Source of the DNA: Geobacter sulfurreducens PCA
GTDB lineage: Bacteria; Desulfobacterota; Desulfuromonadia; Geobacterales; Geobacteraceae
NCBI RefSeq assembly: GCF_000007985.2
Contig: NC_002939.5
Location: 3,060,001-3,092,000 of the forward strand
DNA: 32,000 nt
Reading direction: 5' to 3'
This document shows, in pieces, positions 31,147 to 32,000 of the stretch. Every line of letters starts with the position of its first letter. Position 1 is the stretch's first letter. The notes beneath the pieces were generated by a model, which was not told where the DNA came from, searched no databases, and saw nothing but the letters and a program-made list of their open reading frames with translations. A program made the translations under genes and the position numbers.

Positions 31147-31548
31147 ATGACCGCATCGTACCGTTTTGTTCTCATGACCCTGCTGGCAGGGATGTTCGCA
31201 CTGCCCGCCGCCGGCACTGCCGCGGCGGGTAGCGCCCCCCAGTCGGCAGTGACGCCGCAGCAGAAAGAAGCGACAGAGTTCCCCGATGTCATTATCTATA
31301 CCCTGTCCACCTGCCCCCACTGCGCCGAGGCGAAGGCATACCTCGCCAAACGGGGCATCCCCTTCACAAACCGGGAAGTGGACACCGACGACGAGTATAT
31401 GGCGGAGCTGATAAAGATCTTTGACGACATGAAGGTTCCGGACGAACGTCGCGGAGTCCCGCTGTTCGTTGTCGCCGGAAAAACGCGGCTGCAGGGATTC
31501 GACAAGGCCAAGCTCGAAGAGGCGATCAATGGCGGGGCCGAAAAATGA
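31147..31548 (+). CDS. secreted glutaredoxin-like thioredoxin-fold protein (CPHC), 133 aa
   Basis: N-terminal signal-like sequence MTASYRFVLMTLLAGMFALPAAGTAAAG. Then a Grx core VIIYTLSTCPHCAEAKAYLAKRGIPFTNREVD...GVPLFVVAGK. Confidence 0.85.
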   Translation: MTASYRFVLMTLLAGMFALPAAGTAAAGSAPQSAVTPQQKEATEFPDVIIYTLSTCPHCAEAKAYLAKRGIPFTNREVDTDDEYMAELIKIFDDMKVPDERRGVPLFVVAGKTRLQGFDKAKLEEAINGGAEK

Positions 31549-31628
31549 CCATGCCCGCGGGTGAGTGGGTGAAAGACAGGGCCCGTCGCACGCAGCAACT
31601 CAATACACAACTATCGAGGAGATCATCC

Positions 31629-32000
31629 ATGAAACAATTGTCCGTGTCGCTTGCCATCCTCTGTGCAGTCGCAACCAGCGAGGCATTCGCCGCCGATGAG
31701 CTGCAGCAGCGTGCCCAGGGCCTCTTCAAGCCGGTTCCTGCCAAGGCGCCCACCCTGAAGGGCAACCCGGCATCGCCGGTTAAAGTGGAGCTCGGCAAGA
31801 TGCTCTATTTCGACCCGCGGCTGTCCGCCTCCCATCTCATCAGCTGCAATACCTGTCACAACGTGGGACTGGGCGGCGGGGACCTCCAGGCAACCTCCAC
31901 CGGCCACGGCTGGCAAAAGGGGCCCCGCAATGCACCGACGGTTCTCAACTCGGTCTTCAACACCGCCCAGTTCTGGGACGGCAGGGCCAAGGATCTGGCC
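31629..32000 (+). CDS. ccpA: di-haem cytochrome c peroxidase CcpA, N-terminal 124 aa; continues beyond the window
   Basis: Not in the ORF track because no stop falls within the window. My translation from ATG 31629 (RBS GAGGAG) is MKQLSVSLAILCAVATSEAFA...LGKMLYFDPRLSASHLISCNTCHNVGLGGGD...GPRNAPTVLNSVFNTAQFWDGRAKDLA. This is the classic bacterial CCP N-terminus with its first CxxCH. Confidence 0.9.
   Translation, partial: MKQLSVSLAILCAVATSEAFAADELQQRAQGLFKPVPAKAPTLKGNPASPVKVELGKMLYFDPRLSASHLISCNTCHNVGLGGGDLQATSTGHGWQKGPRNAPTVLNSVFNTAQFWDGRAKDLA

Noticed and set aside
1-32000. Scan for CRISPR arrays, IS/transposase or integrase genes, tRNA/rRNA genes, toxin-antitoxin pairs or known defence genes
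   Set aside because: I saw no repeat-spacer periodicity, no transposase-, integrase- or phage-like ORFs, no tRNA-like T-arm/acceptor sequences in the intergenic regions, and no recognisable defence domains. The window looks like core chromosome, not an accessory island.

Overview
GC-rich chromosomal window that looks like a Geobacter/Desulfuromonadales-type genome: many multihaem c-type cytochromes, a fused nifEN and sigma-54-type promoters. I recall a similar gene order in the Geobacter sulfurreducens nif region but cannot verify that here. I support about 33 protein genes. I recognised no rRNA, tRNA, CRISPR array, IS or phage element. Layout, left to right: (1) an RND efflux operon (adaptor 3' end, permease, coupled HD-domain gene). 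(2) A cysteine-desulfurase operon carrying two tandem paralogous small proteins, divergent from a LysR regulator and an OsmC-like gene. (3) A PAS histidine kinase, a small 2-TM protein, ybjQ-like, a SAM methyltransferase and mscL. (4) An EtfB / ferredoxin-fused EtfA / membrane Fe-S oxidoreductase operon directly downstream of nifB-GNAT. (5) A nif accessory cluster: nifB, draG, a pentahaem cytochrome, draT, a NifX-like gene, nif-type ferredoxin III, nifX and fused nifEN. The nifEN leader has a sigma-54 promoter followed by a strong intrinsic terminator. (6) A Tat-exported DUF882 peptidase and a 6-haem mini-cytochrome. (7) A Fur-family-regulated peroxide module: a MauG/CCP-like di-haem protein, a secreted glutaredoxin-like protein and the ccpA 5' end. 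The best candidates for undescribed biology are the bifurcating-type Etf plus membrane oxidoreductase as a possible Fix-like electron supply, the cytochrome inserted between draG and draT, the desulfurase-linked small-protein pair, and an unlisted 40-aa ORF upstream of the MauG-like gene. All functional calls come from motif recognition by eye, with no database search.
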